Notes under the pieces: generated by a model
Told to the model about the DNA's origin: nothing
The model's database searches: none
The model's input: the letters and a program-made list of their open reading frames with translations, nothing else
Translations under genes and position numbers: made by a program
Part shown: positions 13,606-26,800 of the stretch, one piece after another
How positions within the stretch are numbered: position 1 is the first letter of the stretch
How the letters are laid out: every line of letters starts with the position of its first letter
Origin: Octopus sinensis
Lineage: Eukaryota
Length of the DNA: 64,000 nucleotides
NCBI RefSeq assembly: GCF_006345805.1
Contig: NC_043013.1
Location: 53,196,001 to 53,260,000, forward strand
Direction: 5' to 3'

Positions 13606-14629
13606 GGAGTGGCATGCAGGCACAAACAAAACACACTGGCGGTCTCTTGTTCTGGAGAAATTTGTTGAGAACCCAACGCTGCTGCGTCTCATATTAGCAA
13701 GCTTCCGTCCGTGCCTGACTCACAAATCCCGATGCGCAGGAAGTTGTGAGATTTTTTTTTTTTCATTTCCATTTATGAATCTAAAGCATATCCTAATTTT
13801 AAGTCCGATTAGAATTTATTGTCTCATGTTGAATAAAATTTTTACATCGAAAGTGTCCTTCCACCCTTTGTTTGTCGGATCGTTTTGTTTTTTCTTATCA
13901 AATCGCACTTTTACGGCGTGATGCTGAATGATCACTTTGTGACCCCTACCACCACGTTCCATAAACCCTTGTTTCAGTCAGAAAGTGAGGAGTGACACTG
14001 AAAGAACGAGGGGAAGAGAAAGAGACAGCGACAGAGGGTTGGATCAAGATTGTCGTTTTATTGATGAAGAAGACATAATCCAATTAAAGGATGTCTCCAC
14101 AGAAAGCGCGATCGTATCTCATCAACACATAGCCTACCGTTTTAAAGAATGCAGGAGATATGGATGCTTTTCGGATACGGATTTTTTTAACCATGCACGA
14201 CCTGGACCTAAAACAACAGCAACAACAACAACTAATGGAATAACACCAACATCAGAGTCACTCAGAAATGAAAATGCCAAAAGAATAGACATATTTTAGA
14301 GATGTACATCCACAGGAAGGTTATCTTTTAACGAATTTTCAAGTAAGAAGAATGCACAGCATGCGAATGGAAGCGCTTCAGCTAGGAATCGAACGCACAA
14401 TTCAGGGTTCTGTTTGAGACCACCTGATCGTTATTTTCGATTATATCGAAAACTCTCTTTAGATTTTTTTCTATTTCTCAATACAACTAATACCACTGCG
14501 GCAGGTGGGGTGGGGGGGCGAGTAGGTTTTCGTGTTGTTTTATATCGCTTTTCATTCTCTTGTCACTTTTGTTCTTAGGCATGACCTAATTTATCTCTTT
14601 CGCTTTCAACTCTACCACTACCGCCTCGG

Positions 14630-14799
14630 CAATCATGATGATGATGCTGATGATGATGAACATCATCATCATCGTTCCGCTACTTTTTCTTTTCTTTTAT
14701 CTTTTCCTTCCTTCCATGACCTTCTTCTTCTTCTTCTTCTTCTTCTTTTCTTCTTCTTCTTCTTCTCTTCTTCTTCTTCATCCTCTTCTACTCCTACTC

Positions 14800-14847
<48 letters not shown>

Positions 14848-14850
14848 TTT
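14630..14850. repeat. (GAT)/(CTT)/(CTA) trinucleotide microsatellite cluster
   Basis: Direct reading. Confidence 0.9.
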
Positions 14851-15609
14851 ACTTCTCTTTCCTCCTTTTCATGTACCGCTTCTTCATCTCTTTCTATCCT
14901 CATTCAATCTCCTTCTCCATCTCCTCATACTCTTCCCATTCTCCCCTTCCTCTCACCACTCCTACCACACTCTCCCCTTAGTCCCTCTTCTTACCGTTAT
15001 TAAATCTCAATATCCTTTCTATTCCAACACTTAAACCGTCCATATATAATGGCAAGACAGTATTTAATACATTTTCACTGAACAACAGAAAATAAAACGC
15101 AGCGGTTTTTTTATATTTTTCGTTCCACCTTAATATAGGAAACCAAATTCATTCTTACATATATTTTTTGTATCTTCAATTATGTGATTCACTAAATTAA
15201 ATGGAAATACGCATAAGTTTTTCGGGTAAAAGATCTTTGATATACGCATATTTTTGTAGTGGTGGTGGTGGTGCTGGAGGAGATGGTGGTAGTGGTGGTG
15301 GAGATGGTGGTTTTTGAAAGACGTCCGTGCTTGTGGAGATAAGTTTTTCAACAATAACACAAAACGAAAATTATGAGATAAAATAACACCATTGCGGTTG
15401 TATGTATTTACACAGATATTGAAATCAGTGGCTAATGAACATTGGTGTGCTATGAACTATATGTATATATATGTGTGTGTGTGAGCGTGTTTGTGTGTAT
15501 GCGTATATACCTAGATACGAATCTTACGTGCACACACATACACACATATTATATATGTATGTATGTATGCGTCCTAACTTGTTTCAGTCATTAGACTACT
15601 ATGCTGGGT

Positions 15610-15828
15610 CATACATATATATCTATATATACATATATGTATATATGTGTATACTTGCATATTTATAGATATATGTGTATGTATGTACGTACATATTTAT
15701 ATATACACACACACACACACATATATATACATATACATATGCATATATGTATATATATATTTATGTCTCTCACTCTCTCTCTCTCCCTCTCTCTCTCTAT
15801 ATATATATATACACACACATATGTATAC

Positions 15829-15859
<31 letters not shown>

Positions 15860-15914
15860 TGTACATATTGATATATGTCTCTCTCTCTCTATATATATAT
15901 ACTCACATATATGT

Positions 15915-15959
<45 letters not shown>

Positions 15960-15973
15960 ATGTATGTATATAA

Positions 15974-16023
<50 letters not shown>

Positions 16024-16167
16024 ATAAATATACGTATATGGATATATATATATATATACACGTATATATATATACATATATGTATATATGTATATATATG
16101 CGAATATATATATATATAATATATATTATGTGTGTGTATATGTATGTATATGTATATATACACACAC

Positions 16168-16200
<33 letters not shown>

Positions 16201-16536
16201 ATATATATATAATATAATATATATATATATATATAATATATATTTCTACGGACACTCATACACGCGTAAACAGACACACACGCACGCACAAACCAAAAGA
16301 GGTAAAGTGGTAGACATCTAAAATCGATTTTTTACCGAGAATGAAGTTGTTAAAGATCACAAGATTTAAAATAATTTTTTTCAAATATTGAACCAAAAAG
16401 AAAATGGAAAACCTATTGCGTAATAATACCGAGTTTTATGCGGAAGAATAATTTTTCGAAATATTTATAAACCGACACGTGTGTCCATATATATATACAT
16501 ACAAATATGTATATAATCTTATGCGTGCGAGTATAT

Positions 16537-16570
<34 letters not shown>

Positions 16571-16588
16571 ATATATATATACTTATTA

Positions 16589-16653
<65 letters not shown>

Positions 16654-16680
16654 ATTATTATTTTTGTTTTTTTTATCATT
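15610..16680. repeat. Long (TA)n-rich and (ATT)n low-complexity region
   Basis: Direct reading; generates many spurious Y/I ORFs. Confidence 0.9.
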
Positions 16681-16699
16681 ATATATATTCATTTTTCTT

Positions 16700-17552
16700 T
16701 TATTCTTTTATTTGTTTCAATCATTTGACTGCGGCCATGCTGGAGCAGCGCCTTCCGTCGGGAAAATCGACCCCAGAACTTATTCCTTGTGAGCCTAGTA
16801 CAAATTCTATCAGTCTGCATTGCTGAACTGCTTTGTTACGGGTGTCGTAAACACACCAGCATCGGTTGTCAAGCGATGTTGGTGTGACAAACACAGACAC
16901 ACAAACACAAACACACACACACATGTATATATGTATATACATAATTACAAAGTGAGATAGGGTTTGTGAGTGTAACCCTCTATGGGATAACATATATCCA
17001 ACATACTGCCCGTAAAGCACCCAGAAATGCTAATACATAAATGCTAAAAATTGCAATGCAATTAATTCATTTATTGTATTATATGGGCGAAGGTGAAATG
17101 TTTTACCTCAAATTCATAATACAAAATAAGAAAATGGAGGAATATATCTTAATCAATCATCAACTACCAGATAATACTAATTCACATAATTTATTAACCA
17201 ACTACATAGGAACATCCAGATCAAACACAATTATTGTTATTGTGTTTGATCTGGATGTTCCTATATAATTAGTTTATAAATTATGTGAATTAGTATTATC
17301 TGGTTGTTGATGATTGATTAAGATATATTCCTCCATTTTCTTATTTTGTATTATGTATATATATATATATATAATATATATATATATACATGTATACGAC
17401 GGGCTTCATTCAGTTTCTGCCAAATGCACTTAACAAGTCTTTGGTCGGCCCGAGTATAAGACACTTGCCCAAGGTGCCACGCAGTGGAACTGAACCTGGA
17501 ACCATGTGGTTGATAAGCAAGATACACTACCACATAGCTGCTCCTGCTCCTA
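16700..17552 (-). mobile_element. SINE family A interrupted by a ~420-bp insertion in its internal microsatellite
   Basis: 3' half at 16700-16925 and 5' half at 17390-17552 match family A. Confidence 0.82.
17115..17355. repeat. Long hairpin (117-bp arms, 7-nt loop)
   Basis: cataatacaaaataag...atccagatcaaacacaat / attgtgtttgatctggat...cttattttgtattatg with about 5 mismatches. Confidence 0.93.
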
Positions 17553-18382
17553 TATATAAATAAATATACGTATATATAGGGGTCATAAATACACCAACAT
17601 TTGTCGTGAAATAATGGTGGGGGACAAGCACAGACACATAAATACGTACACACACACACACACAAACACACATATATATATATACGACGAGCCTCTTTCT
17701 GTTTTTCATTAGCGCTCTCAACTCCTCTGACATTGCGTTCTGAAGGACACGTATATTGAGTTCTACACCAGGTTATTAGTTTTGTAATGCCAAATAGAAA
17801 TGTTTGTATACATATATATATATATAAACATATGAATATATATACATAGGTATGCGTGTTTGTGTGTGTGTGTGTGTACGTATTTATGTACGGACATCTA
17901 CGGACATCAAAGAATTCCTGTCGTAAGTCTATTTACGTACGTATCGTCTAGTGGTTAACAACTGTGGATGTGTTTAGCTCAGCATTCTACAAGTTTTATA
18001 AACAAATGTAATTATAATTTTTTAAATTATATATGTATGTAAGTGTATATATATTTATGTGTATATATTTGTTTATATATAGGTATATATACATGTGTAT
18101 ATACATAAATTTATATAAATCTGTATATATATATATATATAAGTATATATGGATATATATATAGATATATATGTATATATATATATACATTTATATCTAT
18201 ATATATATATGTGTGTATATAAATATATACGTATGTATATATATATATATGTGCGTATGTATATCAGTATATATTTATGTATATATACACACATATATAT
18301 ATATATGTGTGTGTGTGTGGGTGTGGGTGTGGGTGTGTGTGTATAATCTGAAGACACACACACACATGCACGCACACACATA

Positions 18383-18540
18383 TACACGTGGTGTGCTCAA
18401 AAATTCCTGGCTTTGTGTACGAGAAAATACAGGATGATCAGTGACTTGTGATTTTTATATAGCATATTCCTCTCTCAGTGTTCCTTCAATTATTCTAAGC
18501 CCTGTAAAAAAAACTCGGAAATTTCGGCCACCAACGAGGC
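18383..18540. mobile_element. Mariner-type MITE/TIR fragment
   Basis: ta-cacgtggtgtgctcaaaaattcctggcttt resembles mariner-type TIR starts; partner end not found. Confidence 0.35.
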
Positions 18541-18541
18541 A

Positions 18542-18577
<36 letters not shown>

Positions 18578-19215
18578 CGCATGTACACCTGTACACACAC
18601 AGCCTAAAGTAAATACACATACACATCTATATAGTACAATTAATATGTACATATATATGTATATACCTGTATGCGTACACTTATGCGCACACTAATACAA
18701 ATACATATATATAGATAAAGATACAGAAGGATATGTACACACTTAAACACGTTCATACCACACATATGCATACATGCATGCATACATAGATACCTACATG
18801 CATACATACACGTACAGATCCGTACGTTGTTGTATATATATATATGTGTGTGTGTTTGTGTATGCGTGGGTATGGTTGTTAATAAAAGAAATATTCTCAT
18901 TGGTCTGTATCATGAAGCCATAGAGAATTACCAAGCTGTGGACTCTATCAATGTTTCCGGATATGAATTCAAGAAATTTAACCTTCAATGGAACTAATCG
19001 TGCATTCCATCATCAAAGAATGAGGGCTGAATAATTGTTGTTTATGATAATAATAATAATGATATTAATAATAATAATCATAATAACAATAATGCGGCTA
19101 ATAATATTTTCTTTTATGTTAGAATAAAAACAATAATACTACAACAACTTATAAAAGCAATAATAATAAAAATAATGATGATGACGATGATGATAATTAT
19201 AGTAATAATAACAGC

Positions 19216-19283
<68 letters not shown>

Positions 19284-19514
19284 TAATAACCATATTACCA
19301 TTTTTATTGTTGTTGGGTTGTTTTAATTAGTATTTTGTTATATTATCATCATTATCATTTTTGCCATTATTGCTGTTGCTCTCTCAATTGTTTTAGTGCT
19401 TATTGGTCTACTAAAACTACAACAACAACAACAACTACTACTACTACTACTGCAGCTGCTGTAAAGTGCTACCATTGTAACTTAATTCATCTTCATATTA
19501 TTATGATAAAATTA

Positions 19515-19876
19515 ATCCATTCTATTAAAGGCTCAAGGCTTGAGATTTGGAAGGAGGGTTAGTCAATTACGAGTGTTTCACTCGTACTTAATTTATCAAC
19601 CCCGAAAGTATGAAAGGCAAAATCGACTTCGGCAGAATTTGAACACAGAACATAGCGACTGGCGAAATACCTATTTCTTTACTACCCACAAGAGGCTAAA
19701 CACAAAGGAGAAAAACAAGGACAGACAAACGGATTAAGTCGATTACATCGATCCCAGTGCGTAACTGGTACATATTTAATCGACCCCGAAAGGATGAAAG
19801 GCAAAGTTGTCCTCGGCAGAATTTGGACTCAGAAGCATTTCGCCCTATGTGCTAAAGATTCTACCAACTCTCCGCT
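19515..19876 (-). mobile_element. SINE family B, 2 modules
   Basis: aaaggcaaa.tcgac.tcggcagaatttg module twice. Confidence 0.85.
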
Positions 19877-20178
19877 TTATATTATAATAATAATAATAAC
19901 AATAATAATAATAAAGAAGAAGATGATGAGGAAGAAGAAGAAGAAGAAGAAGAAGAAGAAGAAGAAGAAAAGAAGAAGAAGAAGAAGAAGAAGAAGAAGA
20001 AGAAGAATTAAGATAAAGAATTTTGAATGAAGACAGAGTTATGAAGATAAATATGAAAAAAAACGGTGACTGGCAACAAATATAATCAATACTGTTATCA
20101 GCCTCTTCATCATCATTATCCTCATCATTGTCGTCGTCGTCGCCATCATCATGATCACCATCATCATCACACGCCCCT

Positions 20179-20212
<34 letters not shown>

Positions 20213-20238
20213 CATATGTATGTATATATATGCATATG

Positions 20239-20277
<39 letters not shown>

Positions 20278-20498
20278 CATGTATATATTATTCATATATA
20301 TATATATATAATATACTAAGCAATATGGGTTTAGCAACGAGTTGCCTTACCACATACCGAATTTAGAAATAGCAGTCAAAGGGTTATAGCTATTTCTTCT
20401 CTAAAAAGGGAGATCTCAGTAAAAACAGCATTTGGAAGGCAGACACAAACAGGTAAGAGAGAATGAATTGACTGCAATCTATCATACATTTTTTTAGT

Positions 20499-20621
20499 TA
20501 TCCACGGACGTACGTTTCGAAATCAAGTTTTTAGGAAAGCACAAGAACTAAATATTAAATATCAAATAAATAATAAATAATTCTATCTTACCGAAACTTC
20601 TTTTCTCTTCAGCGTAGAATA
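20499..20621 (-). ncRNA. Type I hammerhead ribozyme (long stem II)
   Basis: Reverse complement of the copy at 21456-21579: CUACG-CUGAAGA-GAAA..UUUC-GAAAC-GUAC-GUC-CGUGG. Confidence 0.75.
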
Positions 20622-21455
20622 CTATAATCATAAATGATTATAATTGAATTTGAGATACCAGAAGGCACCAACTCAACTCAGTATCAGAGCGAGCTAGAAT
20701 CCGCAACTGGTATCACCGAATTCTTTCAATTGTGAATGAAACGATTGTCACACAGCCCCTTCCCACCCGCGTGTAGCCAAAACAAGATGCTGTGGTCATC
20801 TACTGAGATAAAATATGGTTATCCGTAATAATGAAGGTTGAAATTAATTAATTGGAAAAATTATCAATTACACCAAGTAGTCTTCGGCATGTAAAAGCCT
20901 CATTCGAGGAAAATTTAAGTAATACTAAGCAATAAGGGTTTAGCAACGAGTTGCCTTACCACATACCGAATTTAGAAATAGCAGTCAAAGGGTTATAGCT
21001 ATTTCTTCTACTAAAAAGGAGATCTCAGTAAAAACAGCATTTGGAAGGCAGACACAAACAGGTAAGAGAGAATGAATTGACTGCAATCTATCATACATTT
21101 TTTTAGTTATCCACGGACGTACGTTTCGAAATCAAGTTTTTAGGAAAGCACAAGAACTAAATTTTCCTCGAATGAGGCTTTTACATGCCGAAGACTACTT
21201 GGTGTAATTGATAATTTTTCCAAATTAATTAATTTCACCCTTCATTATTACGGATAACCATATTTTATCTCAGTAGATGACCACAGCATCTTGTTTTGGC
21301 TACACGCGGGTGGGAAGGGGCTGTTGACACAATCGTTTCATTCACAAATTGAATTCGGTGATACCAGTTGCGGATTCTAGCTCGCTCTGATACTGAGTTG
21401 AGTTGGTTGCCTTCTGGTATCTCAAAATTCAATATATAATCATTTATGATTATAG

Positions 21456-21579
21456 TATTCTACGCTGAAGAGAAAAGAAGTTTCGGTAAGATAGAATTAT
21501 TTATTATTTATTTGATATTTAATATATTAGTTCTTGTGCTTTCCTAAAAACTTGATTTCGAAACGTACGTCCGTGGATA
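21456..21579 (+). ncRNA. Type I hammerhead ribozyme (long stem II)
   Basis: Stem I CUACG/CGUGG; core CUGAAGA 21465-21471; stem II GAAA/UUUC then AAGUUU/AAACUU and AGAAUUA/UAGUUCU; GAAA 21560-21563; 2-bp stem III with palindromic GUAC loop; GUC cleavage triplet 21569-21571. Confidence 0.78.
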
Positions 21580-22109
21580 ACTAAAAAATGTATGATAGAT
21601 TGCAGTCAATTCATTCTCTCTTACCTGTTTGTGTCTGCCTTCCAAATGCTGTTTTTACTGAGATCTCCCTTTTTAGTAGAAGAAATAGCTATAACCCTTT
21701 GACTGCTATTTCTAAATTCGGTATGTGTAAGGCAACTCGTTGCTAAACCCTTATTGCTTAGTATTACTTAAATTTTCCTCGAATGAGGCTTTTACATGCC
21801 GAAGACTACTTGGTGTAATTGATAATTTTTCCAAATTAATTAATTTCACCCTTCATTATTACGGATAACTATATATATATATATATATATTCTCTTTCTA
21901 CGTCAATTTTATAATTCCCGTACTTTTCTTACGATAAGAACTCGCCGTTACTTTCATCATATTTCTCGATATACTTTTATCTCATTTTTCTTCATCTCCC
22001 ACGTCCTGTCCTCCTCATCAACATCTTAATTATTAATTTGCTGCTGTTGTTGTTGTTGTTATTATTATTATTTTTATTATTATTATTATTACTATTATCA
22101 TTTTTATTA

Positions 22110-23320
22110 TCTTATTGTCTGTACACAGCTTCTAACGCTGGAGATGTACTACGGTGTCAGCTGTTCACTACCTGTGAACTAAGGTGATACCCCTTCTTTT
22201 TCGAGCACCATCCAGTGTATTCCAGCGGTTCCAAGCAGTGCTCTTTTCTGCAAGTGCTCCACCCATATTGCATCCCCTATTTGTTCCTTGTACTTCTCAA
22301 GAGTTTTAGTTACTGTTCCCAGGGCTCCAACAATTATTGGTACTACTACCACCTTTTTTAGCAATTACAACTGCCTAACCTCCCAAGCTAACCTGTTATA
22401 TCAATGCACTTTTCTTTCTTCCTTATCGAATACCTTGTTGTCAGCTGAACATGCTATATCTATGATCCAACAGCGTTTGCTTTCTTTCTCAATTAACTAT
22501 GGCACTGAATCATAAAATCACATAGGATCTTTGCATTATCATTTTCCATGATGCCTTCGGGTTTATACTCATTTTTTGCTCTGTCAAGTCCATACTTGTT
22601 GCAGTTGGTCCAATGGACAATCCTTGCTATATTGTCATGGCGTCTCTTAGATTCTTTCTGGTCTTGCACCGTACATTGACTAGTAATATGCCATTTTCTC
22701 CATAAATTCTGCACTTATCACTTTCTGGTGTGTTGTCTATTCTCTATTTGATGTAATTCGTTCTTAAAGCTTACTCCTGGGCACAGATTAGAGCTTCCTT
22801 TTCCGTTTTAAATCAATTTTTGTCATTCATAGCCATGTTTTTTCTCTGTCTGTCCTATCTTCAACATCCCTATGAAATTGTCCATGCATTCTTTTCTTTA
22901 TCCACGTACTTTTAGTTTCATTCATTCTCAAGTGCTTGTGTAGTGCTTTATCTTTGCAAATCTTCTGTCCTACCCAAGCCTGACCTTCTTACTTCCAGTA
23001 ATAACGGTTCTGTGTCATTTTTTTTATATACCATGCTATATTGTTTTCTTCTGCTCTAATGCTGTGTTCGCATCCAATCAGTCCTTCACCCCCTCTTTTT
23101 ATTGGTCTGTCTGTGTCACGTTTTGGCTGGCGTATCCCATATCTAGTCAGCAACTTCCTTATCTTTCTAAGTTATTTATTTTATCCACTCTCCATGCGAT
23201 TACCTATGGTCCATATCTAAGGAGTGATACCGCCCAGGTGTTGATAGCTTCAATCTTATTCCGTCCTTTTAATTTCTAATTAAACATCAGTCTCAGTCTT
23301 TGCATGTACTCCATCTCGCT
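22110..23320 (-). mobile_element. Decayed R4/Dong-clade RLE LINE, 3' part
   Basis: Fragments GRNKIEAINTWAVSLLRYG, RRHDNIARIVHW, ENDNAKIL.DF, VVPIIVGALG; (TAA)n tail at ~22060-22110; many stops and frameshifts. Confidence 0.88.
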
Positions 23321-23341
23321 TATTTAGCATACATAATCATA

Positions 23342-23380
<39 letters not shown>

Positions 23381-23439
23381 ACACACATACACACACACAA
23401 ACTCACACATATGTGTATGCTCAAACAGAAAACTGTATT

Positions 23440-23765
23440 TGAACCAGGCCACTGTTATTAGTAACTGGCAAAAAAAGATTCAATAATGATAATGTTATTC
23501 ATGGGTGGCCTAAGACTTTATGCTAAAAATAGATCCCAAGTCAGTTCCCTCGTTGATACGGAGTATTCTTTCAGTGCTGATATCAGGATGGAGTTTGGAG
23601 TGAAAAGGTGTGTTGTGTTAGTCTTGAAGAGAGGCAAAAATCAAATGTATGGACGGGCTAGTGATACCGTCGGTGGAGGTTACGAAGCAGATAGAAGAGA
23701 CGGGCTATATGCACTTGGGGATATTGGAAATTGATAAATTGATGGAGAAAGAAATGACGGAAAAA
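23440..23765 (+). mobile_element. R4/Dong RT fragment (inverted relative to the adjacent 3' part)
   Basis: LFMGGLRLYAKN...MEFGVKRC.VL.LKRGK is a decayed FMDDLKLY RT motif; ends at EKEM.EK. Confidence 0.8.
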
Positions 23766-23880
23766 CACATCTCGCATTATTTGGGTCCATTTGTAAGGAC
23801 TCTATCTGTACGGAGAACTCTTACTTCTACGAAACATACCTCGAAAGCTCTCAACCTTATTTTTCGATAGATGTTTGTTT

Positions 23881-26800
23881 AATAGAACGGCCCTGAATAG
23901 AACTGACCTGAATAGAACTGACCTAAATAGAACGGACCTGAATAGAACTGATCTAAATAGAACGGACCTGAATAGAACTGACCTGAAGAGAACTGACCTA
24001 AATAGAACGGACCTGAATTGAACTCACCTGAATAAAACCGAAGAACTGACCTAAATAGAACTGACCTGAATTGAACTGACCTGAATAGAACTGATCTACA
24101 TAGAACGGACCTGAATAGAACTGACCTAAATAGAACGGACCTGAATAGAACTGATCTAAATAGAACGGACCTGAATTGAACTGACCTGAATAAAACCGAC
24201 CTGAATTGAACTGACCTGAATAGAACTGACCTAAATAGAACTGAACTGAATTGAGCTGACCTGAATAGAACTGACCTAAATAGAACGGATCTGAATAGAA
24301 CTGATCTAAATAGAACGGACCTGAATTGAACTGACCTGAATAGAACTGACCCAGATAGAACGGACTGGATAGAACTAACCTGATAGAAACTTATCTAAAT
24401 AGGAGTGACCTAAATATAACTGACCTAGATAGAATGAACTGAATAGAACTGACCTAAATAGAACGGACCTAATTAGAACGGACCTGAATAGAATGACCTA
24501 AATAGAACTGACCTGAATGTAACTGACCTAATAGAACTGACCTGAATAGAACTGACCTAAATAGAATGGACCTAAATTGAACTGACCTTAATAGAACTGA
24601 CCTAAATAGAACTGATCTGAATAGACTGACCTAAATAGAACGGACCTGGAATTGAACGACCTGAATAGAACTGATCTAAATAGAACGGACCTGAATAGAA
24701 CTGATCGAATAGAACGGACCTGAATTGAACTGATCTAAATAGAACGGTCCTGGATAGAAACTGACATAAATATAACTGACCTGAATTGAACTGACCTGAA
24801 TAGAACTGATCTAAATAGGACTGGTTCTAATAGAACTGATCTAAATAGAACTGACCTGAATAGAACTGACCTAAATAAACGGACTTGAATTGAACTGACC
24901 TGATTGAACTGATCTAAATAGAACGTGCCTGAATGAACTTAAATAGATCGGACCTGAATAGAACTGACCTAAAAAGGACGGACTGAATTGAACTGACCTA
25001 AATAGAACGGACCTGGATAGACTAACCTGAATAGAACTTATCTAAATAGGAGTGACCTAAATATAACTGACCTAGATAGAAAACTGACCTGAATAGAACT
25101 GACCTAAATAGAACGGACCTATTAGAACGGACCTGAATAGAATGACCTAAATAGAACTGACCTGAATATAACTGACCTAAATAGAAATGACCTGAATAGA
25201 ACTGACCTAAATAGAAGGACCTAAATTGAACTGACCTTAATAGAACTGACCTAAATAGAACTGATCTGAATAGAACTGACCTAAATAGAACGGACCTGAA
25301 TTGAACTGACCTGAATAGAACTGATCTAAATAGAACGGACCTGAATAGAACTGATCTGAATAGAACGGACCTGAAGACTGATCTAATAGAACGGTCCTGG
25401 ATAGAACTGACATAAATATAACTGACCTGAATTGAACTGACCTGAATAGAACTGATCTAAATAGGACTGACCTGAAGAGAACTGACCTAAATAGAACGGA
25501 CCTGAATTGAACTGACCTGAATAAAACCGACCTGAATTGAACTGACCTGAATAGAACTGACCTAAATAGAACGGATATGAATAGAACTGATCTAAATAGA
25601 ACGGACCTGAAATGAACTGACCTGAATAGAACGGACCTAAATAGAACTGACCTGAATAGAACTGACCTAAATAGAACTGAGCTGAATTGAACTGACCTGA
25701 ATAGAACTGATCTAAATAGAACGGACCTGAATAGAACTGACCTAAATAGAACTGACCTGAATAGAACTGACCTGAATAGAACTGACCCAGATAGAACGGA
25801 CCTGGATAGAACTAACCTGAATAGAACTTATCTAAATAGGAGTGACCTAAATATAACTGACCTAGATAGAACTGAACTGAATAGAACTGACCTAAATAGA
25901 ACGGACCTAATTAGAACGGACCTGAATAGAAATGACCTAAATAGAACTGACCTGAATGTAACTGACCTAAATAGAACTGACCTGAATAGAACTGACCTAA
26001 ATAGAATGGACCTAAATTGAACTGACCTTAATAGAACTGACCTAAATAGAACTGATCTGAATAGAACTGACCTAAATAGAACGGACCTGAATTGAACTGA
26101 CCTGAATAGAACTGATCTAAATAGAACGGACCTGAATAGAACTGATCTGAATAGAACGGACCTGAATTGAACTGATCTAAATAGAACGGTCCTGGATAGA
26201 ACTGACAAATATAACTGACCTGAATTGAACGACCTGAATAGAACTGATCTAAATAGGACTGGTCTAAATAGAACTGATCTAAATAGAACTGACCTGAATA
26301 GAACTGACCTAAATAGAACGGACTTGAATTGAACTGACCTGAATTGAACTGATCTAAATAGAACGGGCCTGAATTGAACTTAAATAGATCGGACCTGAAT
26401 AGAACTGACCTAAATAGGACGGACCTGAATTGAACTGACCTAATAGAACGGACCTGGATAGAACTAACCTGAATAGAACTTATCTAAATAGGAGTGACCT
26501 AAATATACGGACCCAGATAGAACTGACTGAATAGAACTGACCTAAATAGAACGGACCTATTAGAACGGACCTGAATAGAATGACCTAAATAGAACTGACC
26601 TGAATATAACTGACCTAAATAGAACTGACCTGAATAGAACTGACCTAAATAGAATGGACCTAAATTGAACTGACCTTAATAGAACTGACCTAAATAGAAC
26701 TGATCTGAATAGAACTGACCTAAATAGAACGGACCTGAATTGAACTGACCTGAATAGAACTGATCTAAATAGAACGGACCTAAATAGAACTGATCTGAAT

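Larger units (their letters stand above)
20313..21870. mobile_element. Hammerhead-bearing 609-bp-unit tandem + inverted element (Penelope-like pLTR / retrozyme-like) in (TA)n
   Basis: About 1.4 units (20313-21160) followed by about 1.2 inverted units (21161-21870); near-identical copies; (TA)n on both flanks; no ORF. Confidence 0.85.

Noticed and set aside
13985-14299. 104-aa ORF as a protein-coding gene
   Set aside because: Non-ATG start, no recognisable domain, partly low complexity
21165-21205. Second hammerhead in the 609-bp unit (cgaatgaGGC...GCCgaagac)
   Set aside because: It has a short stem and a GAA, but the core is not CUGANGA/GAAA and there is no NUH site with stem I
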